This document shows positions 43,023 through 53,481 of a DNA stretch of 64,000 nt, one piece after another. Made by a program: the position numbers and the translations under genes. The notes under the pieces were generated by a model. That model saw only the letters and a program-made list of their open reading frames with translations, had not been told where the DNA came from and made no database searches. Position 1 is the first letter of the stretch, and each line of letters starts with the position of its first letter. The stretch comes from Candidatus Poribacteria bacterium (lineage in GTDB: Bacteria > Poribacteria > WGA-4E > JAJDTR01): NCBI GenBank assembly GCA_965222225.1, contig CBDCTK010000002.1:3040001-3104000 (forward strand). The letters are read 5' to 3'.

Positions 43023-43366
43023 AGGATTTGCACCTCCGTGTTAAGGTTTATGTTTTCCACAAGAAACCGATGTGATGGGTTTTCGGACGATTTGTATTGA
43101 TTCAGTTCTGAGATTTTGCTAGAATTCCGGCAGTAAATTTTTGTGGCACATAGTCGTGCGGCGGCGGTTCGCGCATTGAACCCATGTGCCGGCGGTTTCA
43201 GTTTCCAATTGGTAAGTTTGTGCAGGTCGAGATAAGGAGAAGATCGCTATACGAACGCCATCGTCCTCGTTATTTTCTCGGTCGACTCCCCTACAGTATA
43301 CCTGATCCGAATCTGAAAGTGATAGTTTAATTTGTAGGTCTTACGCAGTCTTGACCGGATTGAATA

Positions 43367-44351
43367 ATGCCTTCAGCCACGCTATATGCTATAAATCGCG
43401 AACAACGATTGGTTCACGCAAAATCTGCGCTGCGCGACGCACATTATTCTTGTCCACGCTGCGGGGACGACGTTATCTTGAGACGCGGTGAAATCAAGAT
43501 AGCGCATTTTGCACATAAAGCAGAATCTGCATGCACGTCCGAAACTATTGCCCACAAAACAGCAAAACTCCTTATCTTTCAGGTATTTTCAGATTGGAAA
43601 TTGGGTCAAGGACAGGAGCTAATCGTAGAGGTTGGATGCAATTTCTACGAATTCTGCGATAACACGGTTAAGTATCCCATCCGCGATAAGGTAACCGCGG
43701 CGCGTATTGAATATATCATCGGATCGCATAGAGCCGACGTTATGTTCACAAAGGGCGATGACCCCGTCCTGGCAATCGAAGTCAAGGTGTCTCATGCCGT
43801 AGACGATCACAAAGCTGAATCGCTGCCGATCTACTTCATAGAGGTAGATGCAGAAGACGTGATAAAGGATCCGCGTGTGCTCCGGAATAACCGGCATGAG
43901 CACAATCGGGAATATTTAGCGGATTTAGAGTCCCAACATAACTGGAAAGTCGAACATAGAATTTGCCCTCAATGCGAGAGCAAAATGCGCGAATTTGAAG
44001 ATGCAAAACACCAGATTGCCAGCGCTTGCGGTGTCACCTACGATAGCGAAAAATACAAAGCCGGGATAGATAGTTGCTATACCGGGATAGATAGTTGCTA
44101 TAAATGTAAGAAACCTATTCTCCGATTCAACTGGAGTGATGACGAAAGTTGGAGCACCAAACGTCCGCCTCAGCCTATCCCCCAGACAGTCCAATACAGG
44201 CATAGCCACACCGTAGGACATAAAGTATTGGGCTAACACTTGTCCTTATTGTGGTGCGATTCAAGGTGATTTTTACAGCTACGAGACAGCCTGGGACTTC
44301 ACACACGACTGGTGGTCCCGTATCGTCCACAAGGATTCCGTGAATTTATGA
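43367..44351 (+). pseudogene. CoiA-like Zn-finger plus PD-(D/E)xK nuclease; frameshift near 44224
   Basis: YSCPRCG…HFAH, ETIAHKTAK, RADVM…AIEVKVSH; a shifted frame continues KYWANTCPYCGAIQGDFY to TGA at 44351. Confidence 0.7.
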
Positions 44352-44729
44352 CAATCGTGGCAATGCAATATTGATGGACTAAGACTCTGTTTGAATGGTC
44401 AGTAGCAAAGCCATTCCTAGTCTTTTGAAGAGGTATTTTCATGTTCTTGTAGTTGCTTGCTATATACCTGTCGCCCCGCTGGGGCTAAAGTGCGTGGGGG
44501 TTCGCCGTTTCTATATACCTTCCGCCCCTCCGGGGCTTACAGAGACTAGTGTAGGGAGTTTATCTTGATTCACAGTCACGAAAGTAGATTCATACTCGCC
44601 AGTTGATTTTTCGCTTTTGCGAGGAAGGGAAGACCAACGACGGGAGGGGTAGCACAGGGTGTTTATTTAACCCAATAGGGATCTTCGCGAAGTCGTATTC
44701 AACACAAAGAGGAGGCTCTCGTAACGACC

Positions 44730-45515
44730 ATGGATACAAACCTGAGACAGAGCAGCACGGTAACCGAAGCCGAATGGCAGCAATTGGAGGAGGTCGGCTA
44801 TGTGCGGCTGGGCGTGGTAGCGTCGGAGACGCAGATTGACGCGCTTTGCGAGCGAATCAATCAGATCATGCTCGGGAACATTCGCTATGAAAGGATGCAG
44901 ATGCAACTCTGTCCCTCCGCATCGGATGATCGCGAGATGGTGGATTTCAGCCAAAATCACAAGGGCAGTTCGCTGAAGTACCGAAAAATCCAGGAGCTGG
45001 AGATGGACCCGTTGTTCCTCGACTATATCCAGAATCCGCTTTTCAGGGACATCACGCAAAAGAAAATCGGGGATAGGGTTAGCGTCTTCCGGGCAATGTT
45101 CTTCAATAAACCTGCCGAAGGCGGCATATCGAAGAATTGGCACCAGGATTCGGGGTGGGACCTCAGCATTCCCGAAGAGATCACGGTTTACACGGCACTC
45201 GATCCGCAAACCCGAGAAAACGGTTGCTTGATGGTCATCCCCCATTCGCACAAGGAGTGCCCATTCGAGTCGGTCAACACGGACGAGAAGATACGGAAGT
45301 ACGCGCCACCGGAAAGGCGGGCTTTCATGGAGATGGAGAAGGGCGAGGTCGTCCTTTTCAAAAACAAACTGCTGCACTCCTCACTAGTGAATACCACAAA
45401 TCGTCCGCGCCGTGCCTTCAGCGTTGCGTTTGTTCATGCGGACACGGTCAACATGACTTCGGGCAGACGTTTTCCTCAGGTGATGCCGGAGTACCGCCCG
45501 GCAGCAAAGGCATAA
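44730..45515 (+). CDS. Phytanoyl-CoA dioxygenase family
   Basis: WHQD, ALD..ENGCL..PHSH, LLHSS, RRAFS. Confidence 0.9.
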   Translation: MDTNLRQSSTVTEAEWQQLEEVGYVRLGVVASETQIDALCERINQIMLGNIRYERMQMQLCPSASDDREMVDFSQNHKGSSLKYRKIQELEMDPLFLDYIQNPLFRDITQKKIGDRVSVFRAMFFNKPAEGGISKNWHQDSGWDLSIPEEITVYTALDPQTRENGCLMVIPHSHKECPFESVNTDEKIRKYAPPERRAFMEMEKGEVVLFKNKLLHSSLVNTTNRPRRAFSVAFVHADTVNMTSGRRFPQVMPEYRPAAKA

Positions 45516-45607
45516 TTTCAATGATAATCTCAAACAGTTCGTCAAAAATTCTTTCTCTCGCCAATCGGCTGTGGTCAAGATGGTTCTTGCCCGTTAGTTG
45601 CGCCGTG

Positions 45608-47026
45608 ATGGACATTGGAGGGGGCAGCGCTGTCTTTCGCGGCGACCCTCAACAGATTGGCAATACGACGCAGTTGTTCGTTGATGACCTCCTGATTCAT
45701 CGCAGGGAGGGAGTTACTCGCCGCGTCCAACAGGCAACCAAGATGGATAAACCTGTGTTGGCGCCCGAGCATCCGTGGGAGTTTGCGTATCATCCGGGGG
45801 AAGATGGGGTCGGTAGACACATCTACATCTATGGCACCGTGTTTTTCGACCCGCTCCAGAACCGGTACCGCATGTGGTACATGAGTCGCATGAGCGGCGG
45901 GCACGATTACGCTATCCCGGAATTGGAAATCCCGGGCGGTAATATCCACTGCGACTTGACACTATACGCAACGAGCAAGGACGGCATCCACTGGGAGCGG
46001 CCCAGTTTGGGGCTGTGCCACCTCAATCGCCTATCGGGAGGCGGGGAGAGCATCGTTGGCGACACTCAGAACAACATCATGCTCGACCTTCACGGCGCCA
46101 GCGTATTTCTTGACGAGGAGGATCCCGACCCGCAACCCGTAGTAGATCGGCGTAACGAAGGGAGTTTCAACGCTTGTTACGTTTCCGGGCTTGGTTATTA
46201 CGTGGCAGGGAGTCTCAATCGGTCAAACGATCCGCGCTACGAGTACATTAGTCACGAGGGGCAACGCGCCCGGAAACGGGTTGTCACGGCACTCATCAGT
46301 GACGGACGAGATCTGGAGCGTTGGGAGGAGACGATGGTCATCTACCCCGACGAACAGGACCCGCCCAGCACGCAGTTTTACGGGATGACGCCGTTTACCT
46401 ACGGCGATAGTGGGATTATCTTCGGGTTTCTCCACGTGTTCGATTACATAGGTCCCGGGCCCACCAATGACGATGGTCCCATCGACGCGCAGTTGGTGTA
46501 CAGCCGCGATGGCAGGTCGTGGCACCGAATGGAAGATCGAAGCCCGGTTATCCCGTTGGGTCCCAAGGGCGCTTTTGATGGCGGGATGATAATCATGACG
46601 GCGGTCGGCACATCCATGCACGATGACGAACTGGTCGCGTACTATACCGGAAGAAACATGGGGCACGGAGGGCCGAATAAGGATAGTTACTTCACCATCG
46701 CGAGAGCGAGTTGGCGGCGCGATCGGCTGGTGGCTCTGCAAGCGGACGCCGAGCGAGGCGTGGTGGAAACCGTGCCGCTGCAGGCATTAGGAAGCGGATT
46801 GGAAATCAACGCCGATGCAAAGGGTGGGGGGATCGCAGTGCAGGTGCTCGACGCGGAAGGGAACGTGCAACCGGGGTATTCAAGCGAGGCGTGCGATGCT
46901 ATCGACGATAACAACCTCGCGCATCAGGTTCGCTGGGAGGGCAGAGATTTGTCGGGTATCCGGCGTCCTTTCCGGTTGAGGTTCCTGATGCACAACGCGA
47001 AGTTGTATGCGTTCAGAATCAAGTAA
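45608..47026 (+). CDS. Beta-propeller glycoside-hydrolase-like protein, possibly with an internal deletion (start uncertain)
   Basis: QLFVDD, SKDGIHWERP, SRDGRSW, RRDR, LRF..AKLYAF. Confidence 0.65.
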   Translation: MDIGGGSAVFRGDPQQIGNTTQLFVDDLLIHRREGVTRRVQQATKMDKPVLAPEHPWEFAYHPGEDGVGRHIYIYGTVFFDPLQNRYRMWYMSRMSGGHDYAIPELEIPGGNIHCDLTLYATSKDGIHWERPSLGLCHLNRLSGGGESIVGDTQNNIMLDLHGASVFLDEEDPDPQPVVDRRNEGSFNACYVSGLGYYVAGSLNRSNDPRYEYISHEGQRARKRVVTALISDGRDLERWEETMVIYPDEQDPPSTQFYGMTPFTYGDSGIIFGFLHVFDYIGPGPTNDDGPIDAQLVYSRDGRSWHRMEDRSPVIPLGPKGAFDGGMIIMTAVGTSMHDDELVAYYTGRNMGHGGPNKDSYFTIARASWRRDRLVALQADAERGVVETVPLQALGSGLEINADAKGGGIAVQVLDAEGNVQPGYSSEACDAIDDNNLAHQVRWEGRDLSGIRRPFRLRFLMHNAKLYAFRIK

Positions 47027-47150
47027 CGCATCAAGTATGCAGTCTGGATTTGTCAATCCAGAACGAGCAGGTGGGGAGCGTGCCGAATCGCGAGTAAAAC
47101 TCGCTCCTACAGACAGAAGACGTGCAGTAGATAATGGATTGCTGGTGCTG

Positions 47151-48746
47151 ATGATGAATACTGAAGGATTGCTAAGCGAAACGCTTTACAACGGGATTGA
47201 ATTGCCCGTGGGATGGCCCCCAAACTACGGTGAGCCAACCGGCGAACCGATGCCGGTTCCCTATCTGGAGAACCCGCCGGATGTCATTTCGATTGACCTC
47301 GGTCGGCAACTGTTCGTGGACGATTTCCTGATTGAGGACACGACTTTGAATCGGACGTTCCATTCGGCGAGGATGTACCCCGGCAATCCGGTACTCAACG
47401 TTCCCACCTACAGCGGCGGTATCTGGTACGATTCGTACGAAGGCGTTTTCAAGAATTGGCACAATCTCGGACGCGACGGGATAGGCTATGCCACGTCCCA
47501 AGACGGCATTCACTGGGAGAAACCGGCGCTTGATGTCGTGGAGGGCACCAATATAGTTCTGGAACACACCGATCCGTGGGCGCCGAGCCAACGCTATAAC
47601 TGCGACACAACCAGCGTTTGGATTGATTACGAAGAGACCGACCCGGACAGGCGTTACAAAGCCTTCCTAACCTATCTGTGGCCCAACAACATCAACGATT
47701 TCTTTTTCTCTCTGCGTAATTCGGATGACGGCATCCACTGGAGCGAGCCGGCGGTCACCTCATGGCGCCACGTCGGCGACCATACGAATGCCCACTACAA
47801 TCCGTTTCGGAAGATGTGGGTGGCGAACATCAGATACCATTGGGGGAGCGACGGGCGTTGCCGAGCGTACCTCGAAAACCGAGATCCGGAGAAGCTGACG
47901 TGGGCGTCAAGCGAGGCGAGAGAAGGGGGAATTGTGCCGTGGTTGGCGGCTGACCGCCTGGATCCGCACCACCCCAAGTCGGAGTTTAGCGGAATCCGAC
48001 CTCAACTCTATCATTTCGACGCCATCGCCTACGAGAGCCTTATGTTGGGATTCTTCAGCGTGCATCAGGGACCGCCCAACGAGGAATGCCACAGATTGCG
48101 TATCCCAAAACGGAACGAAGTCCTACCCGGGTATAGCCGCGACGGTTTCCATTTTCACCGACCGAATCGGACGCCGCTGTTCGGAGCGAATGAGGAACGG
48201 GGCGCCTGGAATTGGGGAAATGTGCAGTCTGTCGGGGGCGGCTGCCTCGTCGTCGGGGACGAACTCTACCTGTACTGTAACGGGATAAGCCGGGTCGAGG
48301 ACGGCGAAAAAAGCGGACGCACCACGGGGTTGGGGGTTCTGCGGCGTGACGGCTTCGCTTCCATGGGGTCGTTCCGGGATGAAGAGAGTCTGACCACTCG
48401 ACCGGTGCGGTTCAGCGGCAAATACCTATTCGTTAACGCGGACTGCGATCAGGGCGAGTTGCGGGTCGAGGTGCTTGACAAGAATGGAAACGTCATCGCG
48501 CCCTTTACGAGAGAAAACTGTGAGCCGATTCGGGGCGACGAAACGTTGCGGCGGGTGAATTGGAAAGGCGTACCAGATATCGGCAGATTGGCTGGAGAGC
48601 CGGTGAGGTTCAGGTTTTATCTCAGATTGGGTGAATTGTACGCGTTTTGGGTAAGCCCGGATGAATCGGGCGCCAGCCACGGGTATATCGGGGCGGGTGG
48701 ACCTGGTTATACGGGTTTTGTGGATACGGTTGGATCAACCGGCTGA
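47151..48746 (+). CDS. Beta-propeller glycoside-hydrolase-like (GH32-like) protein
   Basis: GRQLFVDDFLI, SQDGIHWEKP, SDDGIHWS, SRDGFHF, LRRDGFASM, PVRFRF. Confidence 0.75.
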   Translation: MMNTEGLLSETLYNGIELPVGWPPNYGEPTGEPMPVPYLENPPDVISIDLGRQLFVDDFLIEDTTLNRTFHSARMYPGNPVLNVPTYSGGIWYDSYEGVFKNWHNLGRDGIGYATSQDGIHWEKPALDVVEGTNIVLEHTDPWAPSQRYNCDTTSVWIDYEETDPDRRYKAFLTYLWPNNINDFFFSLRNSDDGIHWSEPAVTSWRHVGDHTNAHYNPFRKMWVANIRYHWGSDGRCRAYLENRDPEKLTWASSEAREGGIVPWLAADRLDPHHPKSEFSGIRPQLYHFDAIAYESLMLGFFSVHQGPPNEECHRLRIPKRNEVLPGYSRDGFHFHRPNRTPLFGANEERGAWNWGNVQSVGGGCLVVGDELYLYCNGISRVEDGEKSGRTTGLGVLRRDGFASMGSFRDEESLTTRPVRFSGKYLFVNADCDQGELRVEVLDKNGNVIAPFTRENCEPIRGDETLRRVNWKGVPDIGRLAGEPVRFRFYLRLGELYAFWVSPDESGASHGYIGAGGPGYTGFVDTVGSTG

Positions 48747-48751
48747 ATCCT

Positions 48752-48775
48752 GTAGGAGCGATCTCCAGGTCGCGA
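48752..48775 (+). repeat. REP family A, GTAGGAGCGATCTCC(A)GGTCGCGA
   Basis: GTAG-led palindrome; copies at about 8436, 15671, 17552, 23495, 49515, 56121, 57570; variants at 15406, 23459, 38652, 47088. Confidence 0.85.
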
Positions 48776-48876
48776 TTCTTTCGTTTTCCTGACCATTTGG
48801 CAAGCGTGTGGCGAACTGGAAAGGATTCAATCTGCTATTAAACAATCGAATATGGATCCTACTAACAATAAAAACT

Positions 48877-49350
48877 ATGCAAGACATTCCAAACCGAGGA
48901 TACCGTCAATTGCGGAAAGGTAGACGCTCCATACCGGACACCTACTACTCCCTTACGCTTACCACAATTGACAGAAAACCGCTTCTTGCAAACGCGGAGG
49001 TTGCAGACGTTATATTCGAAGCCTTTGATTAGCTCGAAACCAATAAATGGTGCAGATGGTTTTGTCTCGTCGTAATGCCAGATCATATCCATTCCGTCAT
49101 TCAACTGGCGGGTAACAAGACCCTTTCGAGACTCATTCAATCCTTCAAAAGTTTCACAGCGAGACGGATTAACACCCACTTGGGACGCAGCGGTTCGCTC
49201 TGGCAAGCGGCTTATCATGACCACGGCATTCGGCACGACGAGTCATTGAATGCGATTATTCGATACTGTTACGAGAATCCTGTGAGGAGCGGATTGGTGA
49301 AGGAGGCGAGGGATTATCCGTATTGGCGGTCTAAATTCGAGATGGGGTGA
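48877..49350 (+). pseudogene. rayT: REP-associated tyrosine transposase (RAYT) with in-frame TAG at 49030
   Basis: LRKGRRS..YYSLTLTT, VVMPDHIHSV, SFKSFTAR, LWQAAYHDHGIR, YCYENPVRSGLV; flanked by inverted family-A REPs. Confidence 0.88.
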
Positions 49351-49589
49351 GGAGGGTACAATGCCCTCTGAGCGCAATCTCCCGCCGGCTCCTTTTTCCA
49401 TAGGAGCGATGAAGCGAGCGGGAATTTCTATCGCCCTCGTTGTTCACTCGGTTGATCGATAGAGATCCTCTCAAGGTCGCGATTCTTTCGTTTTCCGTCG
49501 TTTTGGCCAAGGAGTCGCGACCTAGAGATCGCTCCTACAGTAGCGTATCGTGTAATCCAGCTTTTTGACTGGAACATGCAACCGCATAG

Positions 49590-50378
49590 ATGGAAACAAT
49601 GACTATGGCGTTGATAGATGAACAAAAGCGGGAATTTGACGAGAACGGTTATGTTATCGTTCGCAACCTCCTCACGCGCGAGGAAGTGCAGGCGGTCGGG
49701 GGTCGCGCCGATCAGATTGCCGTGGGCGAAATCGCGCAGCCGGTGTCTGCCGTCCAAGTTGAACCGGCAATTAAACGCAAAGAAGAGACGGCAAAATCGA
49801 AAATCGACTCTATCCGCAAGCTGAGTAGCGTGGTTCGCACAGATCCGATTATGCTCGCGCACGCGACGAATGCCAAAATTTTGGACATCTTGGAAGGCTT
49901 AATCGGTCCCGATATCAAACTATTCGACGATCAGCTATTCATGAAATCGTCCGCGCACGGATCGCGCAAGAATTATCACCAGGATTCCAATTCGAGCGTG
50001 ATGTCGCAGTATGTACCCCATAGCCTCGTGAGTTGCTGGGCGGCATTGGATGACGCGACAGTAGAAAACGGTTGTCTGTGGTTTATTCCGGGGAGTCACA
50101 AATGGGGACGCATCGCCGTTGAACGTGAGCGGGAGATTGAAAGGTGGGCGCTTGCCGGTGCGTTGGAAAACGAGGTGCCTATTGAACTGAAAGCCGGCGA
50201 TTGTAGCTTTCATCATAGCCTTTTGTTGCACTGCAGTCAAGCCAATCGTTCGACGACCCGGCGTCGGGGGTATGCCACGCAGTACATGAGTTCGAAAACG
50301 AAGTATACGGGTGAAGGCACTCCGTTTAGGTGCAATTTCCTCTTGCTGCGCGGCGAAGAATTTCCGGGATGTGTATAG
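49590..50378 (+). CDS. Phytanoyl-CoA dioxygenase family (start may be 49599)
   Basis: YHQD, WAALDDATVENGCLWFIPGSH, LLHCS. Confidence 0.9.
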   Translation: METMTMALIDEQKREFDENGYVIVRNLLTREEVQAVGGRADQIAVGEIAQPVSAVQVEPAIKRKEETAKSKIDSIRKLSSVVRTDPIMLAHATNAKILDILEGLIGPDIKLFDDQLFMKSSAHGSRKNYHQDSNSSVMSQYVPHSLVSCWAALDDATVENGCLWFIPGSHKWGRIAVEREREIERWALAGALENEVPIELKAGDCSFHHSLLLHCSQANRSTTRRRGYATQYMSSKTKYTGEGTPFRCNFLLLRGEEFPGCV

Positions 50379-50681
50379 GCGGATCGAACGGTTCGCGGGT
50401 CGGGCTAGAAGGGATTTCTATCGCGGTCACTATCCATTCCCTTGATCGCACGGGATTTTCTATCGCCTTCGTTAATCACTCAGTTGATCGTTATTCACTC
50501 GTTTGATTGTTCGCTTGATTTCACTCTGGGGCTTTGGTGCTTAGGGCATCGGTGCTACTATACACCTGTCGCCCTTATAGGGCTTTCAAAGGCTGGTAAG
50601 AGCTCTATCGCGCTCCCTATCCGGTCACTTGATCGCAGTGCGCACCCTACAACTGATACATGAAACCAAAAAAAGGAGACA

Positions 50682-51458
50682 ATGATTATGGCATTGACAG
50701 ATGAACAAAAGCAGGAATTTGACGAGAACGGTTATATTATCGTTCGCAACCTACTGACCGACGAAGAGGTACGCGCGGTCGGGGGTCGAGCCGATCAGAT
50801 TTCCGTAGGGGAAGTTGTCCCGGAGGAGGGGTTTGGCATCCAAGTTGAACCGGCAATTCAGCGCAAGGAAGAGGTTGCAGAATCGAGACTTGAATCTATC
50901 CGCAAACTCGGCGGGTTGGTCCGCAAAGATCCGGTCATGCACGCGCACGCTACTAACCCGAAGATTTTGGATGTCTTGCAAGACCTAATTGGTCCCGATA
51001 TCAAGCTGTTCGGCGATCAACTGTTTATGAAATCGTCCGCGCACGGATCGCGCAAGAACTATCACCAGGATTCCAATTCGTGGAGACCGTATGTTCCGTA
51101 TAGTCTCGTGAGTTGCTGGGCGGCACTGGACGACGCTACGGTAGAAAATGGTTGTCTGTGGTTTATTCCCGGGAGCCACAAATGGGGGCTGCTCGACGTT
51201 GAACGTGAGCGAGAGATTGAGAAGAAGGCGCTTGCGGGACCGCTGGAAAATGAGGTGCCGATTGAACTGAAAGCCGGCGATTGCAGTTTTCATCACAGCC
51301 TTACGTTGCACTGCAGCCATACAAATCGATCGAAGACCCGGCGTCGCGGGTATGCCACGCACTACATGAGCGCGAAAACGAAGTATACGGGTGAAGGTAC
51401 TCCGTCCAAGTCCAATCATCTGTTGCTGCGCGGTCAGGAATTTCCGGGGTATGTTTAG
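50682..51458 (+). CDS. Phytanoyl-CoA dioxygenase family (tandem paralog)
   Basis: Same motifs as 49590..50378; AGGAG RBS. Confidence 0.9.
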   Translation: MIMALTDEQKQEFDENGYIIVRNLLTDEEVRAVGGRADQISVGEVVPEEGFGIQVEPAIQRKEEVAESRLESIRKLGGLVRKDPVMHAHATNPKILDVLQDLIGPDIKLFGDQLFMKSSAHGSRKNYHQDSNSWRPYVPYSLVSCWAALDDATVENGCLWFIPGSHKWGLLDVEREREIEKKALAGPLENEVPIELKAGDCSFHHSLTLHCSHTNRSKTRRRGYATHYMSAKTKYTGEGTPSKSNHLLLRGQEFPGYV

Positions 51459-51647
51459 AGTCAGGTTGAATAAGGGTGGCAAAGCCGTTTTTGGTCCTTT
51501 GAGTTGCTACATATCTTGAAGATTCTTCTGCGATTTGATGATTGCTGATTGTGCACCATAAGGAGAGGTGGGCGGTGCCCACCCTACAAAGTAAATTGAG
51601 ATCTTGAGGCGCACTTTTTACAAACTGACGTAACGAAAGGCATTCGT

Positions 51648-53066
51648 ATGAACCAAGCAATGAATTTTCCGGATCCAAATTTTCCACTTGTTCAACTACC
51701 GACGCAATTCCGCGCCCAGCGGCACACGATGGTGGATAGGCAGGTGGCGATAGGAGAAACCAAAGAGGTATTTCGGGCACAGGGTCCCGGGTGTGTGAGG
51801 CACATCTGGATTGTTCCAAATCCGATCTCGGACACCCGTTTTACCGAGGATTATATAGACAATTCCAATACCAACGCTATCATCAAAATCTACGTCGATG
51901 ACGAATCGCGGCCGTCAGTGAATATGGATCTGAAGCGGCTGTGCGGCGTGCTGCTCGATCAATCTCCGTATCGTGTCGACAACGCCGGGTTCGCAATTTT
52001 GCCCAGAAAAATGGGGTCGGTGCACGGCGACTGCTACAACATTTATTTACCAATTCCGTTCGCCAAGTCGTGCCGTATCACGATGGAGCCGTTGATGGAT
52101 CAGGTGATACGTATAATGGCGGACTGGCAACAGTTCCCCGAGGGTACGGACATCACCCCTTACCGTTTTCACGCGGTATATAGAAGTGAATACCCCGCGA
52201 GTCATCACTCATCCTTTCTCATGGCTGATTTATCGGGAAAGGGTTTTATCGCGGGTATCGTCAAAGGCATCAGACAGCGCGAGCACAGCGACATGATCTA
52301 TCATACCGGCGGGCAGGTGTGGATGATCGATGGGGAGAGCGATCCTCACGTCATGCGGGGGATCAACGAGGAGGATGATTTCGGATTCGGCTGGGGCTAT
52401 CACCCGGTGATGACACGCTGGATCGGTTGCCCGTATCACCGCTATGCGACCCGTACCGACCAGGACGGGGTTATCTACCGTTTGTTCGGCATGAATCCGG
52501 TAACGTTCGACTCCTCGCTGCTACTCCGTTGCGGGTCTCGCGCGGACGACACGGAGACCGTGGTGTACTACTACCGGGTGCCGGAAAGCCAAGCGCATCC
52601 GGTCACTTCGCCCGAATCGTGGGAAATTGCGGGGCCATTCGGATGCGGCAACTACGAGCAGTTCCTACAATCGGAAATCCCGGAGGAGGTAACTGGCGCC
52701 TGGACGGGACAGTTTCAAGAGGGCGAAGTGGAGTTCTCGGTACACTCCGCCAAAACGGAACACACATGGATTGACTTGTCAACCTACTGCCGTTCCGGCT
52801 CTCAGCGCCAATTGGATCGTTCCGCTTATGCCCGCACCACCATTGAGTCTGAGGAGGAGCGGTCAATCCAAATTCGGATCGGATTCGACGATTGGTTGAC
52901 CGTGTGGCTAAACGGTGAGAAGTTGGGAACCTTTCGCCATGACCACGGTTTCGCGGCGATTAACGTCCCCGCGCGTTTGAAGAAGGGCGCCAATAAACTG
53001 ATGGTCAAGCTCAGCAACTTTGAAAACATCACGCATGGGTGTTGGGCGATGAGTTGCTCACTATAG
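51648..53066 (+). CDS. DUF2961 (GH172-like) protein with C-terminal beta-sandwich domain
   Basis: GPGCVRHIW, YLPIPFAKSC, IDGE…EEDDFGFGWG; GFDDWLTVWLNG…LKKGANKLMVKL. Confidence 0.75.
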   Translation: MNQAMNFPDPNFPLVQLPTQFRAQRHTMVDRQVAIGETKEVFRAQGPGCVRHIWIVPNPISDTRFTEDYIDNSNTNAIIKIYVDDESRPSVNMDLKRLCGVLLDQSPYRVDNAGFAILPRKMGSVHGDCYNIYLPIPFAKSCRITMEPLMDQVIRIMADWQQFPEGTDITPYRFHAVYRSEYPASHHSSFLMADLSGKGFIAGIVKGIRQREHSDMIYHTGGQVWMIDGESDPHVMRGINEEDDFGFGWGYHPVMTRWIGCPYHRYATRTDQDGVIYRLFGMNPVTFDSSLLLRCGSRADDTETVVYYYRVPESQAHPVTSPESWEIAGPFGCGNYEQFLQSEIPEEVTGAWTGQFQEGEVEFSVHSAKTEHTWIDLSTYCRSGSQRQLDRSAYARTTIESEEERSIQIRIGFDDWLTVWLNGEKLGTFRHDHGFAAINVPARLKKGANKLMVKLSNFENITHGCWAMSCSL

Positions 53067-53247
53067 TCATTGCAACTAAGAATTACACATGTGTTTATAA
53101 CATACCCAATTTCCCACCCATTCCCATTGAGCGGGTCGGGCTTCCAGCCCGACCCGCTCAATGGGAAACGTTGCAAACCAGGAGATTGTGAGCTACGTCG
53201 AGCCAATCAACGCTCATATGTGTAAATATAAATGCAAATGACTATAG
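53061..53247. mobile_element. MITE-like element with long TIRs and a central perfect hairpin
   Basis: CTATAGTCATTGCA…TTACACAT / ATGTGTAA…TGCAAATGACTATAG; internal CCCATTGAGCGGGTCGGGCT-TCC-AGCCCGACCCGCTCAATGGG. Confidence 0.7.
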
Positions 53248-53258
53248 AGAACCTGGAT

Positions 53259-53444
53259 TAGGTTTTGTTGACATTTTTCCGAGGCGTGTCTGTAATTCGC
53301 CCAGAAATACCTAATTGTAGGGGCGAGGTGACCTCGCCCCTACAATATAGGGTCACGTAACGCGCCGGAATCTTGCAATTATCCCAAATCGCCTCAAGGC
53401 GCATATGGAGATAGGTTCAGTTTGTCAAATGTCAACAGAACTTA
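53259..53444. mobile_element. MITE-like element enclosing a REP
   Basis: TIRs TAGGTTTTGTTGACATTT / AAATGTCAACAGAACTTA; internal GTAGGGGCGAGGTGACCTCGCCCCTAC. Confidence 0.65.
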
Positions 53445-53481
53445 GGCATTCTGTAAAGAGAAGGATTAGACAGAGCAAGCT

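Noticed and set aside
45137-45607. 5' extensions of ORFs 45137, 47007, 29283, 57604, 9392 and 54352
   Set aside because: They overlap upstream genes or run through REP/element mosaics; downstream starts fit RBS or paralog evidence better.
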